DNA from: Xylographa opegraphella
Lineage: Eukaryota
Length of the DNA: 53,104 nt
Direction of reading: 5' to 3'
NCBI GenBank assembly: GCA_022813865.1
Contig: JALDZX010000063.1
Location: forward strand, 62,001-115,104
Positions 12,039 to 23,882 of this stretch are shown piece by piece. The translations under genes were made by a program, and so were the position numbers. Within the stretch, counting starts at the first letter, position 1, and each line of letters starts with the position of its first letter. Under the pieces are notes generated by a model. It worked only from the letters and a program-made list of their open reading frames with translations. It searched no databases and had not been told where the DNA came from.

Positions 12039-12782
12039 ATGTCGTCCAACTCATCAAGCAAGGACTCTTCTGCCGACTCGCGTCCTACCTCTCCACATCC
12101 TGGACCCATCAACAAAGTAGATGCAACCGACCAAGATAATACCAGTGGCGAGAACGTGAATCCCATCTCAGACAGTGATAACCAGAACAATGACCGAACC
12201 GGCCGCTCCTCCACACCGCGTCCAGCGCCTAGCACCCCCCACTCCAGCTCCATGATTGTCTCGGCAGACCAGCCTACGGTCGACAACGAAGAGACCTTCA
12301 GTCCAGATGATGCTCGCGCCATGAGCCCTCGCCGCAGTAGTGCCGAGTGTGATGAGATGAGTGATGCAGCAAGGTCTTCAGTCCGAGAGTACGTCTTCCC
12401 TTCCAATAGTGTTCATCGTTAGCATGTCATTTGCAAGAACAGATAAGTGTATGAAGAACCCAATTTCATATGCTTGAGTTTTACTCTTTTTATCGTATCA
12501 CACCATTTTTGGCTTTCGTCGCCAGACTATTTTGCATAATTCGAGACTGCTATTGATCGTATCAATTTATTGAACTTGTCTAAGCGAATGCTGACCACAT
12601 CCAGACACGCACGTCAAGCCCAACTCGGCCTGCTCGAGATCGCCGAAAGCATCGAGCTTGTGCGCCACGACCATGACAGGCTGGAGCGCCAGAATCTCGC
12701 ACTGCAGGACTACATCGGAGGCTTGACACGGAGCATGTCGAAGAACGACATCGGAGCTGCTTCGGGCAAGAGTAAGAAGTAG
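12039..12782 (+). CDS. Short coiled-coil protein (SLO1/SCOCO, DUF2205-like) with Ser/Pro-rich N-terminus
   Basis: Exon 12039-12388, intron 12389-12604 (GTACGT..GCTGAC..CAG), exon 12605-12782. C-terminal heptads IELVRHDHDRLERQNLALQDYIGGL. Confidence 0.75.
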
Positions 12783-13088
12783 CAAGGATTTGCAGAGGCT
12801 CGGGGAGGCTTTTTCATGTGCATGTTTCCCGCGGGATTTGCATGGTTCGTGGAGTCATGTAAAAACGTGTTACGGTAGCATGATGCTGCAGTTTTGTACC
12901 TATGTGACGGCATAGCGCTGCAGCATAGCAGCACAACCAGCGGCCCATTGTGGCGCTATATCTGTGGACATAAACGCAAATACCAATTTCTGGTTCATCG
13001 TGTCCTCTTCAGGCCCCAGCCACATTGGCCGCGCATGAATCTGTGAAAAATATCACCCGTTCCAGAAGCGTTTGTGCCAAAGCGCGCA

Positions 13089-15005
13089 TCATTCAATGCT
13101 GAAGTTCTCACTGAACTGAAACATGTCCTCGATCCATCCATCCTGCACTACCATCGGTGCAACAGCTGCTGCAAACCCACTCGCGCTGGCACCATAGTAC
13201 GGAGCGGCATCTGCGTGCGCAACACCAGAGAATGGGCCAATATCCATAGGTGCTGAAAACACTGCCTGTTCCACAGCGATATCCGGGGCATGTGACACAC
13301 CGCCCTCGGAGTCTGGCCCACGGCCGACAACACGCACGGTGGATCTGGTGATGTATACACCTCCAGGTGGCTCTATGAAGTAGTCATTAACACGGTTCGC
13401 CAGGCTCGAAGGTCCAGGAGGCCGCTGGGCAGGCTGAGATAACTGCGCCGGATCCTGGCCAGTGGACCTAGTGAGCTGCAATTCAGAGCTGATATCGCCA
13501 TCAGTGTGGTTTGCGCGGACGTTGCGGAGGTTCTGGACATCTGCGTAAGCCAGGCCCGCAGGAGCGTGCCCTTCGTGCATTGTATGAGAGCCGTCCATCC
13601 CTGTTACATAATGTAAGGTCGTCGGTTGTGAGGGAATTTGGATACCAGGATTGGGAGACACCTCGTTTGGTTGGGCCAGTGGCACTATAATTTCAGGCGA
13701 TGGCAATAGTCTAGAACGTTTTGCAGCAGCATGAGCGGCAGGTTCCTCGGCTGTGAAGTCGTGGTCGATGGCCGAGCTGGGAATGTTTTTGTCACCCTCT
13801 TGGGGTTGACCGAAGTTTCCGAGCGTTGCTGGTTTGGACACAGTCTCGGGAGGGGAACTCAGGCCATCGATCAAGTTTCCCTGCACGTTCGAGACATCTC
13901 TCTTGCGTTTCATGCCTACCTTCGCGGAGGTGGGAGATTCTTCATGTACTCCGTGATGTTTTGCTTCTGGCTCTTGCTGATCCTGACTCTTTCCCTCAAC
14001 TGACCCCTTGCCTATCTTCGTCTTTTCCCCTTCCTCCTCGTCTGTGTCTTCTGTTGCACTATCATCTTTTCGGATTACACGTCTATCCTCCTCCTGCTGG
14101 CCCTTGTTGCCAGTGGCGTCCAAGACAACAGCCTTTCTTGGACGACCTGGACGGCGAAGGCTGCTTGTGCTCGTCAGTAAAGTGGTTTCTTGATACACTG
14201 TCTTAGCTATATCGGAAGCCCTTGAACGCCCAAGAAAGGTTTGGCTGCTTATGTTCATCGTCCCAGTTGCATTTCTATCGTCGGCTACGTTCGAAGCCAA
14301 TTTTGGTGGACGTCCACCACCACGTTTCGTGGCGCTACCAGGGGTTGAATGCTGCTCAATAACAATGCTTACTCCATTCGATTTTCTCGGACGACGCCTA
14401 CCACGTTTCCCGACATTCTCAGCAGGAGATGAAATCGTCTCTTGTGTCTCTAATTCTCGTTTTTGTGACTTTATCCCCCATATCTCAGAATCGTCCTTGT
14501 CTTCATTTTCTGCCATCCAAGTAGACTTTGGTGCATTGTTAGGTGAATTGATGTCATCTGCGCTGGCTTTGTCTGCGACCTTTTTAGGTCGACCTCTTCC
14601 TCGCTTTGCCACTGATGCTGCTTCTGTGGCTACTACTTCGTGCCCCTCCACAAGTTCATCTCCACCTCCAGTCGTAACGTCATCTACCTGTTCATTTCGG
14701 AGTTGTGGTTGAGTCTGCGAGTCTGAGATCGTGAATGGCCCGCTCTCGCCAATGATCTTCCCAGCTGGAGTTTGCGTGTGCTTGACATCAGCTCCAGAAA
14801 CCGCAACACTGAAAGCATTAGGAGCTAAATAGGTGTTAGCTAGCGACTACGAAGATAACCATTAATTCGTTGTAATGGTTGAATAAGACTTAGTACTGGG
14901 AAGCGGACTGGACGATGTGAGAGCACTCGCCGTTGACCCAAGTCGAATTTTCGGAGGACGTCCACGCCCACGTCCGGAAGGCACTTTTCGCTTTGCTGAC
15001 GCCAT
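13089..15005 (-). CDS. Orphan low-complexity protein with about 5 AT-hook-like motifs (~614 aa)
   Basis: ATG 15005 (MASAKRKVPSGRGRGRPPK). Phase-1 intron 14896-14825 (GTACTA..GCTAAC..TAG) joins in frame to the 520-aa ORF. Motifs: GRGRPPK, KRGRGRPKK, KRGRRRPRK, KRGGGRPPK, RRPGRPRK. Confidence 0.7.
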
Positions 15006-16032
15006 ACTGATCGCGAGTTGTAAGTTCAGATGAAGTGGAACGACTTTGGAGTGTGAGGACCTTTAGGGCGTGTGTAAGCAAGCTTGGCAAGTGAAAATAC
15101 TCAGATAGAACTCAGTGGAAGCTTCTGAGAATGTGTGTAAAATGAAGAAAGTGAGAAGTATCGCTTGTCTAACTTGGTGTGACTGAACCTTTCAAGTCAA
15201 TCAGAAAGGCAATTTATCGCTATCGTAAAAGAGATTACGAGGCTAGGTCCATGACTAATGATGAAATAGAAATTGATCGATGAGTGAATGTGAAATAAAT
15301 ATCTCATGCTTGGCGGCAAGGCGCTACAAACAATTGAGAGCTCGATAGATTGAAGGTTCGAAACTAGCCCATCTTTTATTCGTAAGTAAAACTATGATGT
15401 TGGACTGATAAGATGGTGCCTTGTGCACTAGCCCCTCAGACATACCAAGTAGGTAGGTCGTTAAGATTGTACCTTAGGCCGTTTGCGCTTGGTGTTGCAG
15501 GATGAAGATTTTAAAAGGGTTGTGTCCATGTCAGCAGACAGCTGAAATGCTATCTACCTTCAAGACCCATAGCGCTTAGTGTGGCTGGTTACCTCGAAAA
15601 AGCTTGTGCACTACATGTGATCGGCGAAATATGATCAGCGTAACAAAGACACATCAATGCATACATGTTTGCACACATATAGTCTAAAACCGAATCTAGA
15701 GCAGGTAGGTTCCAGGCCAGAAACTAGGTGAAGAGCAATCCTGGGTACCTCAAAAGCCGCCACGCATGCACAGCGTTCTAAACACCGTCACCAGAGTTTC
15801 CCTCTTCCTTTGAAGATAGTTTTGAAAAAAAGCACAGAAGAGCAACGTGATGCGAAAAACCACTCGACAAATAAATCAAACAAGGATCATGAGGCACACT
15901 CATCGTAAAGAGCGACCTGGCGAAACCGAAGGCTTATCTAAGTCGTCCGTTTCAATTTGCCGAACCTAACTGAAATGTCTCTTGCAATTCCTGTTCAAAA
16001 CCCCTACAACTCATACAACTATGATTGTATCC

Positions 16033-17052
16033 TTACTCCGCAACCTTCTCAGGCTCTGCAGCAGGTGGTGCTTCGCTCGGATCCTTGGTGTCTGTGGATG
16101 ATGCAGCGGGCTCTCCGCCAGTCGGTTCAGCCTCGGATGATGTCCAGAGGGTCTGTATTCTCGTTTAGTTTAATGATTGTAAGCTGATAGGAATGTATTA
16201 CCAAGTTATCTCTGAGAAGCTGCATGATGAGTGTGGAGTCCTTGTAGCTCTCTTCGCTTAAGGTGTCAAGTTCTGATATCGAGTTTAGCAACCGAGTAAG
16301 GGAATATGGAATGATATTCAAACCAGCGATAGCATCATCAAATGCTTGCTTGGCCAAGGAACAAGCCTGATCTGGGGAGTTGAGAATCTCGTAGTAGAAT
16401 ACGGAGAAGTTCAGAGCAAGTCCCAGACGAATCGGATGTGTAGGTGCGAGGTCAGTTGTTGCAACCTCAGTTGCTGCCTTGTATGCCTCCAATGACTTGT
16501 CCGCAGAGATCTTGCGCTTGTCGCCAAGAGCGAACTCAGCAAGGTAGCGGTGGTAGTCACCCTTCCTGTATCAGAATATCAGTCATGCAAACTGCCTCTG
16601 TCAGATCCGAAAATTCTGCGTAACATACATTTTATGGTAGAAAACCTTTGACTCTCCACTTTGAGCGGATGGAATCAGGTGCTTGTCCAGAACTTCAAGG
16701 ATATCCTCACAGATCTTGGCAAGCTCTGCCTCAATCTTTTGGCGGTATTCCTTGATAAGTCCAACTTGCGACTCATTTCCTTTGGACTCTTCCTTCTGCT
16801 CAATTGATGTGACAATTCTCCAAGATGCCCGTCTTGCACCAATGACGTTCTTGTATGCGACAGATAACAGATTTCGCTCTTCGACTGAAAGTTCCTGGTC
16901 GGCAGATGCTACGTTCTTCATGTTCTCGACCATCTCTTTACAGAAAAGTTAGATTAGGTCGCTATGAGAAGCACTGATAAGCCAAGTATACCTTCATAGC
17001 GTTCCGCCTGCTCCGCAAGCTTTGCGAGGTACACATGGTCTTCGTACGCCAT
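16033..17052 (-). CDS. artA: 14-3-3 protein (ArtA/Rad24/Bmh-type)
   Basis: [27 protein letters not shown]...[21 protein letters not shown]...[22 protein letters not shown]...[21 protein letters not shown]. Four coding introns; stop TAA at 16035-16033. The paralog name is tentative. Confidence 0.97.
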
Positions 17053-17069
17053 TTTAGGGATCGGTGGAC

Positions 17070-17465
17070 CTAAACATCTGCAATCAGCAAAATTTCGACC
17101 CACAAGTCCAGACGCCCCTGATAGTATGCCACAATTTGCTTTAGATATGGCGGTGGCCGTTCTGGAAGCGCGATGAACATTGAGATACAACACCCTGGTA
17201 CCCCACAGGGGCCGATTCTGATAATTGTCGTTTACAGTATCATAGCAAGCAGCGTAAAGTGAAAAGCCACGTCTTCGCACGGGTTCAGTACGTATGAAGT
17301 GCAGCTGTTGTTGAGAGTTGCGATCCAGAGGGGACAGGTCTGGGGCATTCATTACCTCTGAAACCAAGACGTATGTGTTGTGGATATCGGACGCGATGCA
17401 GTAGACTAGAGATCTAAGAAAGGATAGGAAACAGATCGAAAAAGTCGTCAATATCACTGCCTTAC
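17070..17465 (-). other. Probable ~396-nt 5'-UTR intron of the 14-3-3 gene
   Basis: GTAAGG donor at 17465, GCTGAT branch site, and TTTAG acceptor ending at 17070, 17 nt upstream of the ATG. Confidence 0.55.
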
Positions 17466-18046
17466 AGTGGAAATCTCTATATGCCTGGATGGTGGAGGTA
17501 TTAGGTTGTCGTTTTGCAAAGGAAAGTGTGTGACGGGCCTACGACGCTAAGGCACTCAGCCTTAAGGATCCGGATCTACGATGGATCTGAGGCAGCCGCG
17601 TTTTCGATACCGATTTCAACAGGACACATCATATATTGGAAACGGAAACTTGGCACTACTCTTACAGCTGGGCGAGAGGTACGTATAACAGCCAAAGGCG
17701 GAGGGGCATCACCGGAGAAAGAAATCATGCGGAAGCCTGTGGGTTTGTGCAAACACAATGTTGCAACTTGGAAGGCATCGAGCTATTTATTACGCATTGT
17801 GTGAAGAGCAGCAGAAGTGCTATTCTGTAAACATGCAAGTGATCATATCAGCCGCAGACTCAGCATAATGACCCTTATCTAAAAAGGTAGGTACTGTGTA
17901 AAGACTGGAGCAATTTGCTTGTAACGGTCACGTGTACAACCCTGGTCATTATGATGCCCGCCAAGCTTCGAGCACATCCAGTAACACCACCTTCACTCTT
18001 CCGACCTCAACTATCGTTCCAAAATACAGTTTGCCCATCAGCCATA

Positions 18047-18573
18047 ATGCTTCGTCAGACAGCTTCTAAGGGGGCTAAAGTCCTTCGTGTTACCGTTGTG
18101 CCTTACAGAGGTCTTTCTATTTCCAGCGCGAGGATGGCTGAAGGTGCCACCGGCGGAACGAGGGCAGGCGGACAAGCTCAAAGGTAAACCCAATTTTACT
18201 TCTTGCTTCATCTTGGTACAGCAAGATGACTGGTAATGATACTCGGTAATAGTGATGCCTTCAACAAGCGAGAGAAAGCAGATGAGGACTACTACATAAG
18301 GAGGCAGGAAAGGGAGAAGTACATATATACCCCCTTTGGTACACCCATTACTTCTTGGCTGCTGACGTACTGTCGTGTTCACATAGACTTATGGCTTTGA
18401 AGTCCAAGCTTGCGGAGCAACAGAGACATCTGCAGGAGCTATCTAAGCACATGTGAGTTTACGACTCCTCCCACCCCTCAAAACGAGGGAGATCTGTTTA
18501 GAATATCTTTTATTGATGCAACGTTTCGAATAGTGATGAGTTGGCAAAGGAAGGAGGTGGAGAGAAAAACTGA
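18047..18573 (+). CDS. INH1: Mitochondrial F1Fo-ATPase inhibitor (IATP family)
   Basis: Exons 18047-18183, 18253-18318, 18387-18452, 18534-18573. Presequence followed by EGATGGTRAGGQAQSDAFNKREKADEDYYIRRQEREKLMALKSKL. Confidence 0.92.
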
Positions 18574-18849
18574 GCAATGCTTTATGTTGAAAAACGTTTG
18601 GCTCAGACAAGCAACTTGTAGGACGGTGGATACTGGAGTCATGCTTTTTGCGCCAGTGTACAAATCTCTGGGAGTACAGTATCAAAGGCACAAGACGCCT
18701 AACAGAGAGGTAACCTAGCGTCATTTTGCGCTGGTAATCATGCTCTATTCAGTTAATGATGAATCCTCAACTCTGCAAAACCCCCCAAACTTTCTCCGGT
18801 ATCTTGGTCCAGTTACAATTATGTTTTAAAGTAATGATACAATGGTCTC

Positions 18850-21088
18850 TTATCTTCGCCCCATGTAGGACCGATAAAAGTCGTCTGCGGCATCGCTCCT
18901 AATCCCGTTCATGCCATTCATTGGCGCAAAATTTCTGCTGGCCTTTTGAGCATCTATTACCCGCGTTTGCAAAGCAGCCGCTCCTTGATCTATGTGCTGC
19001 AGTTGTGATAGATGACCATTCAGAACACGCACTATTTGTGATAGCTGGCAATTGTCAGTATATGCAATATGTAAACCGTGCGGAGGGAGAATTTACAGCA
19101 TCATCCGATTTACCATTCTTGCTAAGATTGGATGAAACATCGTTAATGTTCTCAACCATGCTCGTAAGATCCTTGCCCATTTCATTCAAACGGTCGGCTA
19201 GCTTTTCTGCTAGTTTGTATCTGTTGTGGCTGTCAGCTATATGGTCTATTGTCATGGCTACAAGGATTGCTCACGTTCGTTCTCGCTCTTGGTCTGGCCC
19301 CTGTATTGTATCACCTTGACCAATTTGAGTAGCTATCAATTCGTCTACCTGTCGTTCATAATGATCCAGCCAAGATTCAAGTTCTCCTTGGTCGTTTTCC
19401 ACGACTGACAGCTGCCTTTCAACCTCGACTGTAGCTCGCTCTGCTTCTAGTGTACTGCCGTACAACTTCTGTATTCTTTCACTGTTGTCGACAAGCATTC
19501 TGTCCCATTCCGAAACTTTCATCGCCTGTCTCTGAAATTCTTTCTGATATTTTGATAAGTCAGAAGCCCAACGAGTAATGATCTCATCCATTGATTTGTT
19601 TTTCAAGCGAGATTGAGCAGGTGGCCGTGGTCCACTGGTTGAAGTCCCAAGGTTCGCGTTCAATCTATTAGTGTCATTACCAGCTGCTGTAGTTGTTGAA
19701 TTACCCGATGGCTGAGTTGTGGCGTTCTGTACTTCTGAAACGCTTGAACGGGTCCCGTTTGCAGCAGGAGGCTCGCTTGCTCCGCCGAGCGAAAGTTTGG
19801 ATGATCCGAAGCGCCCGCTTGATGCCTGAGCAGTGGTAGAAGCTGGAGCGGTAGAGGACGACGACGGTTGTGTACTTGCAGATGAGCCAACAGGAGCGCC
19901 TGCCAGGCTACCGAAGATGTTGGATGCGCCAGGATTCGTTCCGCCCAGGGCAGTAGGGGCTGAGGTGGTCGGAGTTGAGGTATTCGGAGTTGAGGATTGT
20001 GACAAGGAAAAAGTTGGGATATTGAAAGAGGCTCCGGAGGAGCTTGATGGAGGATTCCCACTGTTTCCATTCAACACGAACGGACTCGATGGCGGCGCAG
20101 AAGATTGGCCCAATGGTTTCTGACCCCCTAGGATGGAAAATAAGGATGCGCTAGAACTCGGGGGTTGAGACACTTGCTTACTCGATTCCTGACCAATACT
20201 CGAATTAGGGAAAGGTGATGGATTCGTGGCTCCTGAAACGCTGCCGCTCGATGGAGTTGGAGTAGTGGCAAAGACATTCGTATTTTGTGAAGGAAGATTA
20301 AAAGGGCTTGAATTATTCTGTTGGAGAGTACTGGAGCCAGAGGAATTAGGTGGTTTGCCGAAAGTGTTGGAGGTACCTGATTGTGGAGCACCGCCAAATA
20401 TGTTGGAGCCCCCCATACTTATCGCTGACGTGGCGCTCTTAGCTGTGGCTCCACCGATGATGCTGAAATTGATACCGGCTCCGCCTGTTGTGCTTTGCGC
20501 AACATTCCCAGTCGGTGGAGGTCCTGCTGGTGTGGTGGAGACTGTACCAAAAGAGAAAGCGCTACTGGGCTTGCTGGCCGCGGGTGTTGAATTTCCCGGT
20601 TGACTGGATGTAGTTGAGGCTGTACTTGTGTTGCCAAACAAACTGGCACTGCTAGCAGCTGGGCCCCCACCAAAGATGTTTGCATTTTGTACAGGTCCTG
20701 TATTTAGGGCCTCGACAGGTTTGCTAGGGGTTGAAAATATTGCAGAGCCAGTTGGCTTGCTGGTCCCTCCTCCAAACACATTTCCGCCACCTGAGCTCCC
20801 ACCACCAAAAATGCTGGTACTTGCACCACTTCCGAAAAGCGATGTTGCAGGAGCTGATGTTGCTGGTGTGCTTCCAAAACTGCTCGCGGACGGAATTGTT
20901 GAAGATGCCTTATTCTGTCCGAAAATGCTACTGCCTTGTCCAGCAGTATTAGCAGTACCGGTGCCAAATGTACTGCCTGTAGGGTTATTATTAGTAGTAA
21001 CTGTGCCAAAAAGACCACTTGCTCCGCTTCCACTAGTGGCGGTCTTGCCAAATGAAAACGGGCCTGATGAATTGGGAGGCCCGGACAT
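18850..21088 (-). CDS. NSP1: FG-nucleoporin Nsp1/Nup62
   Basis: Ser/Thr/Gly-rich N-terminus with xFG/FSFG repeats, then the Nsp1_C coiled coil RLKNKSMDEIITRWASDLSKYQKEFQRQAMKVSEWDRMLVDN. Introns ~19274-19221 and ~19096-19045. Confidence 0.95.
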
Positions 21089-21485
21089 GGTGGAACGAAT
21101 GCTGTGTTTAAAAAGAAGATTAGCTTAGTGATTTGACAGTATTGATCATCGGCCAAACCCTTACAACTTCGGCCTGGACGGCCAACTGGTGATTTATGAT
21201 TGACGCTGTTCGCGAAGATACCGATTGCTGGAAGCGGGCGACCAACAAATATAGGATGTGAGTAAAATCCGCTGTGGGCACTCGCGGCACTCTTTGTACT
21301 TTTACTAGACCACCGCGCAAACGCGGAAACGCGACGTTTGCCTCAGCCCTACCCTAAAAGCAAGCGGCTCCTTGGATCCTAGAGAAGTTAGCCGCTATTT
21401 AGCTGCAAAGAGCAGGGAAGCTCTGGCAAGCTGGGGGAGTGTCAACACATAGTTGTGGACCATCACAACCCAACAACTCAAGGTA

Positions 21486-23061
21486 ATGGCGAGCAAAAAG
21501 GCCGCTCCAACTGATGAGGAACTCCTTGCCCAGTTTGATACAATAACTGTCGAGGATAACATTACAGAAAAAGTTCCCAAAACTGCAATTGGGAAGTCAC
21601 CCCGCACCCCACAACCCAGCCAGCAATCGTCTGAGGCCGATCCGTTCGCTGAGCTCAACAGCCTCGTGCAAGAACGACCGAAGAGCAGACCACATACACC
21701 CAGAATAGCCCCGGCTCCAGCTGCACAGCCCTCGCCAAAGCAAGCCAGCAGCGCTCATGCCCCTTTCGCTCCGTCAGCGAGGACGAGCGAAGAGCGAGCC
21801 CCTGCCCAGACCAGGAGGTCTGGTGATAGCACAAGATCGTTTCATCAAAGCTATACGCCAGTAACAGAGGCCGATGATCCAGAGATCGAGAGACATGCAG
21901 CGTCAGCTTCTGAACCCAAGACGCAAAGCGCCAGTAGCTGGTGGGGCGGATTTGTAGCAACAGCAAGCGCGGCTGTGAAGCAGGCGGAGGCCCTGGCAAA
22001 GGAGATACAGAAGAACGAGGAAGCACAGCGATGGGCCGAGCAAGTCAAGGGCAACGTGGGAGCTCTGCGTGGCTTAGGTGCGAGTCATGGCTTCGATCCG
22101 CACCATGGTACTGACGATTACCGTAGGTGGAGAGCTTCGCTCTAGAGCTCTGCCCACCTTTACGAACATCCTCCATACTCTGGCCCCTCCTATCTCGTCA
22201 CATGAACGTCTTCAGATCCATATCACGCATGACTTCATTGGCTATCCATCACTCGACCCCCTCATTTACCACACATTCTCGCGTGTCATGGCTCAAGTAG
22301 AAGGCGGTGATCTCATGGTGATACAAAAGGGTCAAGAATTCTCACCTCGGCGTGGCTCTGAAGCAGGCTACACAGGTTCGAGCATTAGTGGCTGGAGCGA
22401 CGGTCCCTGGTGGCGCCAGTCATCCGAAAAGCGTAACCTTGGCGCTGTTAAAGGACTCGTTGAAGGGACTAAGCTTTCCAAAGTAAGCGCGGAATCATAT
22501 GCAAACGATTATTTCGCCTCCAAAGGTGGTGTGGAAGAAGCAGCGAAGCATGCCACTGAAGTCCTCAACGAGAACAACCCTGTCCGCACCAGCGATATTT
22601 TTCTATCCATTCAAGCTATCAGTCAGGTTTTGTCATTGGAACTCTTTGGTGGACCCGCAATGAAGGAGAATGAAAACGGCATTGCGGAGCCAGAGGATGA
22701 AGCCGAAGAGCTTGTCTGCTTTGCTATATATCTGCACGATCCTATTCACGGTATCACTTTCCACACAGTCTCTCAAACCATGCCGCAAAGATGGGTAGAC
22801 TGGCTCGATAGCGCGGCCGAATCATCTGAAAACTCGAGCGGCTTGCCGCCAGAGATCGCGGAGATAATCGACAGTGGTGGTGTCGATCCGCGTGAATGGG
22901 TTGCTGAGTGGGTTGAGGAGCTTCTGTCACTTGGTGTGGGCGTCGTTGCGCAGAAATACGTGGCAAGGAGGATGGGTGTTGGGGAAGGAGGAATTGGCAA
23001 GGGGAAGGCTAGGGAGGAGGTCATTGAAGCTGGAGCGGGAGAGGCTGCAAGAGCGATGTGA
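21486..23061 (+). CDS. MTC1: Maintenance of telomere capping protein 1 (DUF5427 family)
   Basis: MASKKAAPTDEELLAQFD...SWWGGFVATASAAVKQAE; intron 22078-22126; FTNILHTLAPPISSHERLQIHITHD...DPREWVAEWVEELLSLGVGVVAQKYVARRMG. Confidence 0.85.
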
Positions 23062-23882
23062 AATGGTTCGGCCAGGGTACCTTTGTATGAGGCCAGGAGT
23101 ACAATGGAGTTTGAGTGACGTCGGGTATATTGTGATCTTGGTAACCTTCATGGTTGTTGGCTTTTCTGATCGTGCAGTCACACGTCGTCTCACTAGCCGC
23201 GATTTCAAAACAAAGTCTGGTGCGGGCACTGGAATACATCGTGATGGAACCAGCTTCGAGATACGGCTACTTAGCAAGTCAAGCACAATGTTGATCGGGG
23301 TCTCAAATGAACAATATACTTATTTCTGCAGTCGTAGTGATCATGGAGCGCAGCCTAGCAGTCCTTGGTGCATTCCGCCAAGATATGATGCTTTTTGGTC
23401 AGGCACGCAGTCACACCGGTACCTGAGAATTCGGAAAAAGCTCTCTCCATCATGGTACAGTAGAAGTAGCATCTGAAACCACCGGACCAAGGTCCTTCCG
23501 TCCAATGATCCAATATCCTTTTCTTTGTCACAGTCACGAATGAACACGAGTGACTAGCGATCTTTCTACCAATGCTTCCCGGGCCTCACGACGAGTTTAG
23601 CTACCTACTTGATAGATCCACACTCAGCTCTAGCCAACGAACCGAGCTCCCTACAATCCACCTGTTCCGAGACAGGCTGCTACAACTTCATGCTGGTGCC
23701 GTGGAAGATAGCTTGGTCTACGAAGAGTGCATACCCACCACATCCTCGACCGCAGCGCTCACTAACAATCGGCACGCAGCATCTCTACTTGATATGCCAA
23801 CGATCCATCCATGTTGTGACGACGAACGCACTGAAACGACCTATATACATAGCCCTCCCCCACACCACCACACCACCACGAT

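Noticed and set aside
15255..15410. tRNA B-box-like GGTTCGAAAC and box C/D-like ATGATGA..CTGA
   Set aside because: No T-stem or cloverleaf pairing, no terminal stem and no recognisable rRNA guide.
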